Shown one piece after another: positions 49,441-59,001 of a stretch of DNA of 64,000 nucleotides; the first letter of the stretch is position 1, and every line of letters begins with the position of its first letter. The notes below the pieces were generated by a model. That model saw only the letters and a list, made by a program, of their open reading frames with translations. It was not told the origin of the DNA and made no database searches. Position numbers and translations under genes: made by a program. Where the stretch lies: positions 1,856,001 through 1,920,000 of the forward strand of contig OY970323.1 in the NCBI GenBank assembly GCA_963716985.1. Direction: 5' to 3'. This DNA comes from an uncultured bacterium. GTDB taxonomy: Bacteria > Chlamydiota > Chlamydiia > Chlamydiales > SM23-39.

Positions 49441-49788
49441 TTAGCGTTTCCGCTCTCGGTTCAATTCTCGAAAGTCGACGCCCGATTGCGCTTTCATCTC
49501 ATCCAAGATTGAGCAGGTGGCAAGCTCGTCGCATGCAAAGCAGCCGGCAATCTTTTTCTTTAATGCACAGGCTCTGGTAGGGCACATGCTGCAATAACCG
49601 CATTGCACTCCCGTTTTTTTCACGCAGCCGGAGCAGTTGATCATTTCCCGGGCAAAGGGATGGTGATACTTTTGCGACCAGATGGCGGCCGTTCGATCGC
49701 GAAGCGCATCATCATCTGTTTGTAACGCAATATAAGCCGGACACTCGCCGCAATCAAGACCGCAAAACCCAAAAAGTTTTTGACCCAT
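49441..49788 (-). CDS. DUF3795-family Cys-rich protein
   Basis: CGLDCGECP, CSGC, C..C, C..C..C cluster. Confidence 0.8.
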   Translation of the reverse strand: MGQKLFGFCGLDCGECPAYIALQTDDDALRDRTAAIWSQKYHHPFAREMINCSGCVKKTGVQCGYCSMCPTRACALKKKIAGCFACDELATCSILDEMKAQSGVDFRELNRERKR

Positions 49789-49938
49789 ACAGATCTCCTT
49801 AAAAAAACGCTCAAAGCATACTATCTGCGAAGAAAAAGAGCAAATTTTAGATGCGGAAGATCGAGATCATTCCTGAGAATGCGACTCTCTTTCAGAAAGG
49901 ACAGAAGAGGCATTCCTTTGGCTTTTTAACGCATGCCC

Positions 49939-51309
49939 TTAAAACTCTGCGACAAGTGCCTGCAGCGTCTCTTTGGCATCTCCAAAGATCATAGAGGTGT
50001 TGTCCTTGAAAAAGAGCGGATTTTCAATCCCTGCAAATCCCGTCGACATCGAACGTTTGAGGACAAAAACATTCTTTGCTTTGTCCACTTCGATAATAGG
50101 CATGCCATAAATCGGACTTGTCGCATCGTCTCTGGCCGAGGTGTTGACCACGTCGTTGGCTCCGATCACCATGCAAACGTCCACGGTTGCCATCGATCGG
50201 TTGATATCGTCCATTTCAATCAGGCGGTCATAGGACACATTGGCTTCGGCTAAAAGCACATTCATATGGCCCGGCATCCTGCCGGCTACGGGATGGATGG
50301 CATACCTCACCTCCGCTCCATTTTCTTCGAGCATCTCTTCCAATTCTCTGACGATATGTTGTGCTTGTGCAACAGCAAGACCGTAGCCCGGAACAATAAC
50401 GACCGATTTTGCAGCTTCCAGAACAAAATAGGCATCCTTGGGAGTCATCGATTTGATCTCCCCTTGCGGTTTTTCCTTTTTTTGGGACGCTGCGCTGCTA
50501 AAGCCGCTAAAAAGAATATGCGCAAGCGAGCGGTTCATTGCCCGGCACATAATCGTAGACAAGATCACGCCGTTGGCACCGACCAAAGCGCCCGATACGA
50601 TCAGAAGATTGTTTTCCAATACCAAGCCGACCGTACAAGCTGCAAGTCCTGAATAGCTGTTGAGAAGAGAGATGACAACGGGCATATCGGCTCCCCCAAT
50701 CGGAATGACCATCGTCACTCCCAAAACAAGCGAGCCCAAAATAATCCACAAGAGAAGGCTGTAGCTCTCTTTGGGATCTATGCAATAGAAAACGCCGAGA
50801 ACGATCACGAGGGCAATTAATGAAAAGTTAAAGATTTTCTGCCAGGAAAAGACCAGGGGGCGTCCGGGAATTTTTTCGCTCAGCTTGGCCCAGGCAATCA
50901 TACTTCCCGTAAACGTAAAGCCTCCGATGAAAATCGATAAAAAAACATCGATCGTTGTAAACAACGCAAGGCCGGGGGTGGCATGATAAATCGACCAGCC
51001 GACCAGCATGCTGGCAAGGCCTCCGAAACCATGAAGAAGGGCCACCATTTCCGGCATGGCGGTCATCTTGACTTTTTTTGCAGCAAAGATGCCGATCGCA
51101 GAGCCGCCGGTTAAAAAAATCAAAAAACTCCACAGATAAGGGAGCGCTTCTTTATGGAGAATCGTTGCAAAGGCCGCAAGCAGCATGCCCGAAGCAGAAA
51201 TCCAGTTTCCTTTTCTCGCCGTTAAAGGAGATTGGAGCATTTTCAATCCAAAGATAAAACTTACGCAGGAAACGAGGTAGGCAAGGTTGATGACAATTTC
51301 AGGATTCAT
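49939..51309 (-). CDS. pntB: NAD(P) transhydrogenase subunit beta
   Basis: MPEMVALLHG, IGGADMPVV, PGYG, HPVAGRMPGHMNVLLAEA. Confidence 0.97.
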   Translation of the reverse strand: MNPEIVINLAYLVSCVSFIFGLKMLQSPLTARKGNWISASGMLLAAFATILHKEALPYLWSFLIFLTGGSAIGIFAAKKVKMTAMPEMVALLHGFGGLASMLVGWSIYHATPGLALFTTIDVFLSIFIGGFTFTGSMIAWAKLSEKIPGRPLVFSWQKIFNFSLIALVIVLGVFYCIDPKESYSLLLWIILGSLVLGVTMVIPIGGADMPVVISLLNSYSGLAACTVGLVLENNLLIVSGALVGANGVILSTIMCRAMNRSLAHILFSGFSSAASQKKEKPQGEIKSMTPKDAYFVLEAAKSVVIVPGYGLAVAQAQHIVRELEEMLEENGAEVRYAIHPVAGRMPGHMNVLLAEANVSYDRLIEMDDINRSMATVDVCMVIGANDVVNTSARDDATSPIYGMPIIEVDKAKNVFVLKRSMSTGFAGIENPLFFKDNTSMIFGDAKETLQALVAEF

Positions 51310-51605
51310 TTTTTTTCTCCGGAGGGTTTTTTCTTAAACATCATCAGCATTCGATCGGTCACAAGATAGCCGCCCACTACGTTGATCGTCGCAAAAAATA
51401 TTGCAGCAAGTCCCAGAGCAGATGCAAAAGAAAATCCTTTTGAAGCAGCTAAAAAAGCACCCACTAACGTAATGCCGGAAATGGCATTGGTTTCCGACAT
51501 CAGCGGCGTATGTAAAATGGAAGGGACCTTTGCAATCACCTCAAATCCCACAAAGATTGCGAGTACCAGAACAAAAGCGAACAAAATATAGATTTGAACT
51601 TCCAT
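51306..51605 (-). CDS. pntA: NAD(P) transhydrogenase alpha subunit, membrane part (alpha2)
   Basis: [26 protein letters not shown]. Confidence 0.92.
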   Translation of the reverse strand: MEVQIYILFAFVLVLAIFVGFEVIAKVPSILHTPLMSETNAISGITLVGAFLAASKGFSFASALGLAAIFFATINVVGGYLVTDRMLMMFKKKPSGEKK

Positions 51606-51745
51606 GCTTGCGTCCTTATTTAGAATGGTTTTTCCAGCTTCCGGTCAGTATAGCTGAAGATCGACCTTCTAGAAAAAACTTTTTAAAAAATCTAGAGAAT
51701 TTTTTTGAAACAAACTATAAGGAAAAAAACCAAGGAGCTGTTTTT

Positions 51746-52357
51746 ATGAAACTATTGGTCCTCTTTCATTCGCAATATGGCCATGTCTATGAGCTTGCCA
51801 AAGAAATTGCTGCCGGCGCCAAAGAAGTGCAAAAAAGCATTGTAGACATCAAAAAAGTTCCGGAAACTCTTTCTCCCGAGATCGTGAAAAAAATCGGCGG
51901 CGAGGATGCGGCCAAAAAAATGAAAGATATTCCCATTTGCAAAGTAGAAGATCTTGCCCATTATGATGCCATTCTCTTCGGCACTCCCACCCGCTTTGGC
52001 AATATGTGCGGACAGATGCGTCAATTCTTAGACGCCACAGGTGGTCTTTGGATGAAGGGCGCTCTTGTAGGAAAAATCGGCAGCGTCTTTGCCAGCTCCA
52101 GCACCCAGCATGGCGGACAGGAATCCACCATTTTGTCCTTTCATATCACCCTGCTTCATCATGGAATGATCCTGGTCGGCCTTCCTTACACCTTCCAAGG
52201 ACAGATGATCAACACGGAAATTACCGGCTCCTCGCCTTATGGATCATCCACTATCTCCGGAACACAAAACGAGCGCAACCCTTCCGAAAACGAGCGCAAA
52301 GCCGCCCGCTTTCAAGGAAAACACGTAGCGACTCTCGCCGCAAAGCTTTGTCAATAA
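51746..52357 (+). CDS. wrbA: NAD(P)H:quinone oxidoreductase WrbA
   Basis: [35 protein letters not shown]. Confidence 0.95.
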   Translation: MKLLVLFHSQYGHVYELAKEIAAGAKEVQKSIVDIKKVPETLSPEIVKKIGGEDAAKKMKDIPICKVEDLAHYDAILFGTPTRFGNMCGQMRQFLDATGGLWMKGALVGKIGSVFASSSTQHGGQESTILSFHITLLHHGMILVGLPYTFQGQMINTEITGSSPYGSSTISGTQNERNPSENERKAARFQGKHVATLAAKLCQ

Positions 52358-52363
52358 TAAGAC

Positions 52364-53206
52364 TTAAAGTAAAGAATCGATGATGCCCGCCATGATCAAA
52401 TCATTGTCGGTCACGCCGCCGGCCGCATGAGTCGAAAGCGTTACTTTGACCTTGTCATAGAGCAAGGTTAAAGTGGGATGATGCCCCTCTTCCTGTGCAA
52501 CAAGCGCGATGAGATCGAGAAAATATTGGGCCTCCAAATAATCGGGGAAGACAAACTCTTTGACGATCTTTTTCTCCTCGATCCATTGCCATCCTTTCTG
52601 TTTGGAAAGAGCCTTTCCCACTTCTTCTTTTGACAAAGGAACCACCCTTCCTTCGCAAGGAACGCAATGATGGGGCGTAAATTTTTGAGCCGTCGTTGGA
52701 TGTTGGACCACTTTTTTCAATTGATCCATCACCTCTTTGTAATTGGGAGCAGAGGTGAGCTCTTCGACAACTTGCACATAGCGAATGACATTGTTTCGAT
52801 CTAGGACCATCACCGACCGGGCCAGAAGATTCAGCTCCTTGATCAAAAGTCCATAGTTGATGCCGAAAGAAGAGGTTTTGTAATCGGAAAGCACATCTAT
52901 ATTCTTGATTGCAAAATGTTCGCAAAACCGCTTTTGCGCGAAGGGCAGATCTTTGCTGATCGCAACAATCACCACATCGCTCGACAATCCCCCCGCCCGT
53001 TGATTAAACTCCTTCACCTGCAGATCGCAAACGGAAGTATCTAACGAAGGAAAGGAGGTGACCACTTTGATCTTGTCCTGAAAATCGGCCAAACTCTTCT
53101 CTTGCATATCTTGCGCTACAACGTGGAAATCGGGAGCGAATTCTCCCAAAGAAATTTTTCTTCCAACTAATGTGAGCTTTTTACCCTGAAAAGTGATCGT
53201 TCTCAT
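52364..53206 (-). CDS. tpx: Thiol peroxidase Tpx fused to a pterin-4-alpha-carbinolamine dehydratase domain
   Basis: PSLDTSVC, ISKDLPFAQKRFC (Tpx); CVPCEG, EEGHHP, STHAAGGVTDNDLIMA (PCD). Confidence 0.88.
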   Translation of the reverse strand: MRTITFQGKKLTLVGRKISLGEFAPDFHVVAQDMQEKSLADFQDKIKVVTSFPSLDTSVCDLQVKEFNQRAGGLSSDVVIVAISKDLPFAQKRFCEHFAIKNIDVLSDYKTSSFGINYGLLIKELNLLARSVMVLDRNNVIRYVQVVEELTSAPNYKEVMDQLKKVVQHPTTAQKFTPHHCVPCEGRVVPLSKEEVGKALSKQKGWQWIEEKKIVKEFVFPDYLEAQYFLDLIALVAQEEGHHPTLTLLYDKVKVTLSTHAAGGVTDNDLIMAGIIDSLL

Positions 53207-53450
53207 AAAACACTTCCTTCTTGAAGGATTTTGGAGTCGAATCTTGATCGCCGGCGCTTCTTTGCTGACTCTAAAGCTATATTTTCTCCATCGCAAGTTT
53301 TTTGATCGCTTAAAGGCCCTCGTACATTCGAAAATGCGCGCAAAAGAACCGAGATTCTCTACTACAACATCTATTGCAAAACATTCCTTCTGCGCAAGGA
53401 AAATTTAGGAAGTCCTTATTGATAAGAGATCTTCTAAAAAAACGAATCGT

Positions 53451-53927
53451 TTAGAGAGGTAGTTTGTTGGATCGGAAAAGATCAGTCAAGATCCTTTTGA
53501 TGCTGAAAAGAATCTCTTTGCCCTCTTCAAGCCCTTCGACCTCTTCTTGAGAAAACCAGCGAAGCTCCTTGATTTCCTTGAGCTCAGGATTTCCTTCTTT
53601 TTTTGATAAAAGCCGCGCGAGATAAAAGAAATCGATATGCTGATGGGCAGGTTTATCTTTGTGCTCAGGAATATTCTCGAGCAGGCAAAGATAGGGTCTG
53701 CAAAAGCTACTGGCTTCCCTCGATTCGATCCAGTGATTTTCCTCCGGCACGATTGCGATTTCCAGGCCCGTTTCTTCTCTGGTTTCTCGGCATGCAGCTT
53801 CCGGGGGCGTCTCATTCAAATCCACATGGCCGCCGGGAGGAAGCCACGAGTTGAGTTTTTTGTGAAAAACCAGAAGAACTTTCTTCCGATCAAAAACAAA
53901 CGCAGTTGCCGTAAAATGCTTTTCCAT
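53451..53927 (-). CDS. NUDIX hydrolase
   Basis: GGHVDLNETPPEAACRETREETG Nudix box. Confidence 0.93.
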   Translation of the reverse strand: MEKHFTATAFVFDRKKVLLVFHKKLNSWLPPGGHVDLNETPPEAACRETREETGLEIAIVPEENHWIESREASSFCRPYLCLLENIPEHKDKPAHQHIDFFYLARLLSKKEGNPELKEIKELRWFSQEEVEGLEEGKEILFSIKRILTDLFRSNKLPL

Positions 53928-53983
53928 TGAAGCTCCCTGCTGATTTGTTCAAAAATTTTTTGTCAAAAAAATTCTTAAAAAAA

Positions 53984-54056
53984 TGCCTGAAAGAGGACTC
54001 GAACCTCCAACCTACGCGTTACGAATGCGCCGCTCTGCCGGTTGAGCTATTCAGGC
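53984..54056 (-). tRNA. tRNA-Thr(CGT)
   Basis: GCCTGAA..TTCAGGCA acceptor stem, anticodon loop TTCGTAA, GGTTCGAGTCC T-arm. Confidence 0.93.
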
Positions 54057-54134
54057 AAGAAGGAAAAGACTACGGAATATTCTCTTTTCACTCAATTGCT
54101 TTTTCTGAAGAGCGCTTTTTGCTATAAAGGAAGC

Positions 54135-55493
54135 ATGTTTAAAGATAAAAAAATCTCTGCACTTCTTCTTATGGGCGGGTCCGGATCGCGCTTTGGAAGC
54201 CATCTTCCCAAGCAGTTCCATCGCCTATCGGGAAAAAGAGTCTACTTTTATGCCTTAGAGGCCCTTGTCAAAAGCGCTCTTTTTGACGAGATACTCCTCC
54301 TCTGCCCGAAGGATTGGAAGGAAGCTGTTTTGCAAGAAACAAAAGGACTTCCCGTCAAAGTCCTAGAGGGCGGAATAACACGCCAAGAATCTTCCTACCA
54401 AGGGCTGATCCACTGCTCCAAACCGGACATTGTCTTGATACACGATGCCGTGCGCCCCTTTGTTTCCCAAAAAATACTGCTGCAAAACATCGAACAGGCA
54501 CTTTTGCATGGCGCCGTCGATACCTGCATTACCTCTGCCGATACCATCATCTATTCCGAAGATCAACAAACACTCTCTTCCATTCCCGATCGAAAAAAAC
54601 TCCTTCGCGGCCAAACGCCGCAAACCTTTTCCTATCCTCTCATTCTTTCCGCTCACCGAAATGCCCTTGAAAAAAACCTGTCCAACATTTCCGACGATTG
54701 CAGACTTGTCGTGGATATGGGGAAAAAAGTTGCCATCGCAGAGGGCGAAGAGGCCAATATCAAAATTACTTCCAAGCTCGATCTTTTCCTCGCAGAACAG
54801 CTTCTGCGCATTCATCCAAAAATCCCCAGATCCTTATCCGGCAGTCTAAAAAACAAGCATTTCCTTCTCATCGGAGCCAGCGGCGGAATCGGCAGCGCCA
54901 TTTTTTCTCACCTCCAACAAGAGGGGGCGCTTGTTTCCTGCGTTTCGCGCCATTCCGCCTATCGCATGGATCTGAGAGATCCGCAAAGCATCGAATCCTT
55001 TTTTCATACATTTCATCAGACATTCGGTCCGATCGACGGACTCATCCAAAGTGCAGGACTTCTAAAAGTAAAACCTTTGGATCGCCTCTCCTATGCAGAG
55101 ATTGAAGAGATGATCCATGTCAATCTTTCGGGGCTCATCTACTCCTGCAAGCTTGTGCAAATCAAAGAAAAGGGCCATATCATCAATATCGCCTCCTCCT
55201 CCTTTTCTCGCGGAAGAAAAGACCAGTCCGTCTACTCTGCGACAAAGGCCGCCGTGGTTAATTTCACCCAAGCGCTCGCAGAAGAAAGGCCCAATCTTTA
55301 TATCAATGCCCTGGTCCCCGAGCGGACCGACACTCCCATGAGAAAGGCAAATTTTCCTCATGAAAATAGCGATGATCTGATTTCTCCAAAAACGGTGGCG
55401 ACTGCCTTAGGTCAGCTCTTAAAAGATTCCTCTCTCACAGGATCGATCATCGAGGTCAAAAAAAATTCTTCTACCGCCCAAGATCCCGCTTAA
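54135..55493 (+). CDS. Bifunctional IspD/TarI-like cytidylyltransferase + SDR reductase
   Basis: GGSGSRFG..PKQF, IHDAVRP, QTPQ, NIKIT; GASGGIG and YSATK in the C-half. Confidence 0.88.
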   Translation: MFKDKKISALLLMGGSGSRFGSHLPKQFHRLSGKRVYFYALEALVKSALFDEILLLCPKDWKEAVLQETKGLPVKVLEGGITRQESSYQGLIHCSKPDIVLIHDAVRPFVSQKILLQNIEQALLHGAVDTCITSADTIIYSEDQQTLSSIPDRKKLLRGQTPQTFSYPLILSAHRNALEKNLSNISDDCRLVVDMGKKVAIAEGEEANIKITSKLDLFLAEQLLRIHPKIPRSLSGSLKNKHFLLIGASGGIGSAIFSHLQQEGALVSCVSRHSAYRMDLRDPQSIESFFHTFHQTFGPIDGLIQSAGLLKVKPLDRLSYAEIEEMIHVNLSGLIYSCKLVQIKEKGHIINIASSSFSRGRKDQSVYSATKAAVVNFTQALAEERPNLYINALVPERTDTPMRKANFPHENSDDLISPKTVATALGQLLKDSSLTGSIIEVKKNSSTAQDPA

Positions 55494-55737
55494 ATGAAAC
55501 AAAATTTTTTTTCCTATGCTCCCAACAAAAGAGAATCCGCCGGCTCAGACAGCCGCATTGGATCGCAAAGACCTTCCCTTGACTCTACAAAGGCTGACTC
55601 AAAAATTTTTATTTAAAAACAAGCTTATATTTTAAAATATGAGAAAAGTAAAAAAATGCTTTTGTTGATATAAATCAGAAAACATATTATAATATACTTC
55701 ATATTAATAAAATAAATCGCAAACAATAGGTTCTTTC

Positions 55738-56679
55738 ATGCTCCCAAACATCAAAAACAATCCATGGCTCAATCCCTGGGCCTTCCCAGACTCCCTCTTG
55801 AAAAAAGAAGTCGGAATGACTTCTTATGGACTGCATGCAGCAACAAACCTATCGGCCAAAACAACATCAATTGCAAACCCATTTGCTAAAACAATTGCGA
55901 AAATTGGCGCCTTTACTATCGATTTTTTGCAACTGCTCATAAAGTTGAGGCGTAAACTTTTTTTGAACGCTTCCGTCCTCTATGGATAAACCGTTGCTTA
56001 AAGCCCAAAAATTGGGATTTACCTCAACTTTATGAGCAGTTGCGATTTTTTCACAGCTTTTATCTACATTCCCGTCGGCTTTGTCTATTACCACACCATC
56101 GGGACCATCCAAAACGTCTGCATTAGAAAGGCAAATAAAAAACTTCAAAAGAAAGCCGCAAAATCATGGACGCCCACGTCTTACAAAGCATTTGCTGTGG
56201 ACGCGGTCATTGTTACCTCTGTTTTGGCCCTCGGAATCCTTGGTACCAAATATTTCTGTTCGGTAGCAAAATCATCCATTAATCAGAAACCAAACGGCAT
56301 CCAAATACCAGAAGCACAGCCACCCGCTGTTCCTGTTCCAATAGTACCCAATCCAGCAGCAGCTGCTACACCGATAGAAGCAAAGACGCCGCAAGTTGTA
56401 GATGTTAATATTCGTATAATTTCACCAGAAGCAAGGGCGCAACAGCCAGAAGCAAGGCCTGCAGAAAAGTCAAGCTTTGACTGGAAAACATGCGCAATTG
56501 GCGTCGGTATTGTATTCTTTGCGGCAAAAAAGGCTCTTTATCATTATCGCAAACAGAAAGTCCCTCAAATACCATTCTCCAACAAGGCGTATCAAACGCG
56601 TTCTCTCACCTTGGTTACAGATCCTGAAGGAGAGACTGCAGCGATAATGACCGCAAGCTCGCTCAGAGATCTACAATAA
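55738..56679 (+). pseudogene. Membrane (Inc-like) protein of 272 aa interrupted by a MITE
   Basis: Removing MITE and TSD joins GAFTIDF|FTAFIYIPVG in frame; hydrophobic segments and Pro/Ala-rich linker. Confidence 0.8.
55929..56043. mobile_element. MITE type 3 (115 bp, 22-bp perfect TIR, 8-bp TSD)
   Basis: TIR GCAACTGCTCATAAAGTTGAGG; TSD GATTTTTT at 55921-55928 and 56044-56051. Confidence 0.92.
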
Positions 56680-57040
56680 TAAGCCCCAATTTTCTTTCTC
56701 ATGCTCTCTCAAAACACCCGTCCCAATAGCACACAATACTACAATCATGTTCATTTCTGATCTTAAAAAAGCATAGAAAAAATCCTCGTTTTTCCAAGAG
56801 CCAGATCGAGCGGATCTTTTCTCTATGCAAGGCATTCTCTTTCTGCCAAACGTCTCGCTATCACTCTAGACATTTTCCTAAAAAGCAGTTTGTGCCCAAT
56901 CTCCCTTCTATCGCCATGTCGGAACTCAGCGGCATTACGGCAAGTCTGGAAAATAAGAGAATCGCTCCCCATTCCATGATGAAAAAACGGTACACTGTGT
57001 GCCTTTCGACTACTCTGAATTGCGACCAATCTGACCAGCC

Positions 57041-57069
57041 TTGACAGAAAGTTATTCTGAAGTCATTAT
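57041..57069 (+). promoter_or_regulatory. Putative sigma66 promoter, repeated at 57923-57951 and 58519-58547
   Basis: TTGACA-N17-CATTAT retained in all three copies although the spacer diverges. Confidence 0.5.
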
Positions 57070-57100
57070 TTTCCCCATAAATTTTAATCGCGAGGTGCAA

Positions 57101-57511
57101 ATGACAGCTACAGAAAGTTCTCCTTCATTGGGTTCAATTTTGAAAATAGCAGGGGTCGGTGGATGTGTCGTAGGAGGAACCCTCATGGGAGGTCCTGTCA
57201 TTGGTGTTGTGGGAGGTGCTGCCGGATTGACTGTTTTGGCAATAAACGCCATTTGTAAGGAAAAAAATGTTAGGAGTGTTGAAGAAAATAGTGCAACAGC
57301 TGTTGGGCTACTGATTAGCTGTACCATCAGTTTGATAAGCACTGTAGTTTTTCAAAATGCATCTTCTTCGGAATGTGGAAAAATGCACCAGAATTCCGAT
57401 AGTAATTTTTTTCAAGCAACATGTTATGGTTCTTCCGCCTTGTATTATGTGAGCATCGCGAGCGTAATTTATTTCATTGGAAGCGCCGCGATCTGGAAAT
57501 TTTTTCGTTAG
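57101..57511 (+). CDS. Small Gly-rich multi-TM protein, family A-like, copy 1
   Basis: GAGG RBS; GVGGCVVGGTLMGGPVIG; TM-Cx14C-TM; paralogs downstream. Confidence 0.75.
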   Translation: MTATESSPSLGSILKIAGVGGCVVGGTLMGGPVIGVVGGAAGLTVLAINAICKEKNVRSVEENSATAVGLLISCTISLISTVVFQNASSSECGKMHQNSDSNFFQATCYGSSALYYVSIASVIYFIGSAAIWKFFR

Positions 57512-57521
57512 GAGGATAAAA

Positions 57522-57854
57522 ATGAGCACAACAAATAGTGTTCTTTGTTTTTCCCCAATTAAAGAATGGCAAAATTTTAAAGAAAGCTACCAAGCATGGG
57601 GGCAAATACTTCCCAAAAGCATTAAGGAAAACGCTAAAATTCTGTTAATTGCAAATGCTGGTTTTTTGATTATAGCCGCAATTTTTGCATATATAGGCTT
57701 TCCAAACCCCGATGTACGGCTTGCTGTATTGGGTTCTTTTGGTATCATTCTTCTTTGCGACCTGGCATTTTGTTTTATCATGCAAGGTTTTCTCGTTTTA
57801 AGGATCGTTCAAGCATTTTGTCCTTTTTCTTTTTTAACGAAAGCTGATCGATAA
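57522..57854 (+). CDS. Small membrane protein with a bilobed hydrophobic region (partner gene)
   Basis: GGAGG RBS; two adjacent hydrophobic segments separated by GFPNPD. Confidence 0.7.
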   Translation: MSTTNSVLCFSPIKEWQNFKESYQAWGQILPKSIKENAKILLIANAGFLIIAAIFAYIGFPNPDVRLAVLGSFGIILLCDLAFCFIMQGFLVLRIVQAFCPFSFLTKADR

Positions 57855-57984
57855 GGCGTAGTGCAGTAGCAGAGCACTACGCGTCTCCCTATTACTCTGA
57901 ATTGCGACCAATCTGACCTTCCTTGACAGAAAGCTATTCCGGGTTCATTATTTTTCCCATAAATTTGAACCATGGAGTGTAATA

Positions 57985-58395
57985 ATGACAGCTACAGAAA
58001 GTTCTCCTTCATTAGGATCTATGTTTGGGATAGCCGGGGTCGGTGGATGTGTTGTTGGAGGAACCCTCATGGGAGGCCCTATCGTAGGTTTTTTTGCTGG
58101 TGCTGCCGGATTGACTGTTTTGGCAGTAAACGCCATTTATAAGGAAAAAAATGTTAGGAGTGTTGAAGAAAATAGTGCAACAGCTATTGGGCTACTGATT
58201 AGCTGTACCATCAGTTTGATAAGCACTGTAGTTTTTCAAAAAGCCTCTTCTTCGGAATGTGGAAAAATGCAACAGAATTCCGATAGTAATTTTTTCCAAG
58301 CAACATGTTATGGTTCTTCCGCCTTGTATTATGTGAGCATCGCGAGCGTAATTTATTTCTTTGGAAGCGCTGCGATCTGGAAATTATCTCATTAG
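57985..58395 (+). CDS. Family A-like membrane protein, copy 2
   Basis: 136 aa, close paralog of copy 1. Confidence 0.75.
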   Translation: MTATESSPSLGSMFGIAGVGGCVVGGTLMGGPIVGFFAGAAGLTVLAVNAIYKEKNVRSVEENSATAIGLLISCTISLISTVVFQKASSSECGKMQQNSDSNFFQATCYGSSALYYVSIASVIYFFGSAAIWKLSH

Positions 58396-58580
58396 AAGGA
58401 TCGTTCAAGCATTTTGTCCTTTTTCTTTTTTAACGAAAGCTGATCGATAAGGCGTAGTGCAGTAGCAGAGCACTACGCGTCTCCCTACTACTCTGAATTG
58501 CGACCAATCTGACCTTCCTTGACAGAAAGCTATTCCGGGTTCATTATTTTTCCCATAAATTTGAACCATGGAGTGTAATA

Positions 58581-58991
58581 ATGACAGCTACAGAAAGTTC
58601 TCCTTCATTAGGATCTATGTTTGGGATAGCCGGGGTCGGTGGATGTGTTGTTGGAGGAACCCTCATGGGAGGCCCTATCGTAGGTTTTTTTGCTGGTGCT
58701 GCCGGATTGACTGTTTTGGCAGTAAACGCCATTTATAAGGAAAAAAATGTTAGGAGTGTTGAAGAAAATAGTGCAACAGCTATTGGGCTACTGATTAGCT
58801 GTACCATCAGTTTGATAAGCACTGTAGTTTTTCAAAAAGCCTCTTCTTCGGAATGTGGAAAAATGCAACAGAATTCCGATAGTAATTTTTTCCAAGCAAC
58901 ATGTTATGGTTCTTCCGCCTTGTATTATGTGAGCATCGCGAGCGTAATTTATTTCTTTGGAAGCGCTGCGATCTGGAAATTATCTCATTAG
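58581..58991 (+). CDS. Family A-like membrane protein, copy 3
   Basis: Identical to copy 2. Confidence 0.75.
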   Translation: MTATESSPSLGSMFGIAGVGGCVVGGTLMGGPIVGFFAGAAGLTVLAVNAIYKEKNVRSVEENSATAIGLLISCTISLISTVVFQKASSSECGKMQQNSDSNFFQATCYGSSALYYVSIASVIYFFGSAAIWKLSH

Positions 58992-59001
58992 GAGGATAAA
59001 A

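Larger units (their letters stand above)
57800..58991 (+). repeat. Near-identical tandem duplication with 596-bp period
   Basis: 57800-58395 matches 58396-58991; the encoded proteins are identical. Confidence 0.92.

Noticed and set aside
56680..57010. Possible gene remnant
   Set aside because: Short broken frames on both strands with no recognisable motif.
57800..58991. Possible integron cassette array (gene plus palindrome units)
   Set aside because: Units are copies of one gene, the palindrome lacks RYYYAAC/GTTRRRY attC cores, and there is no intI.
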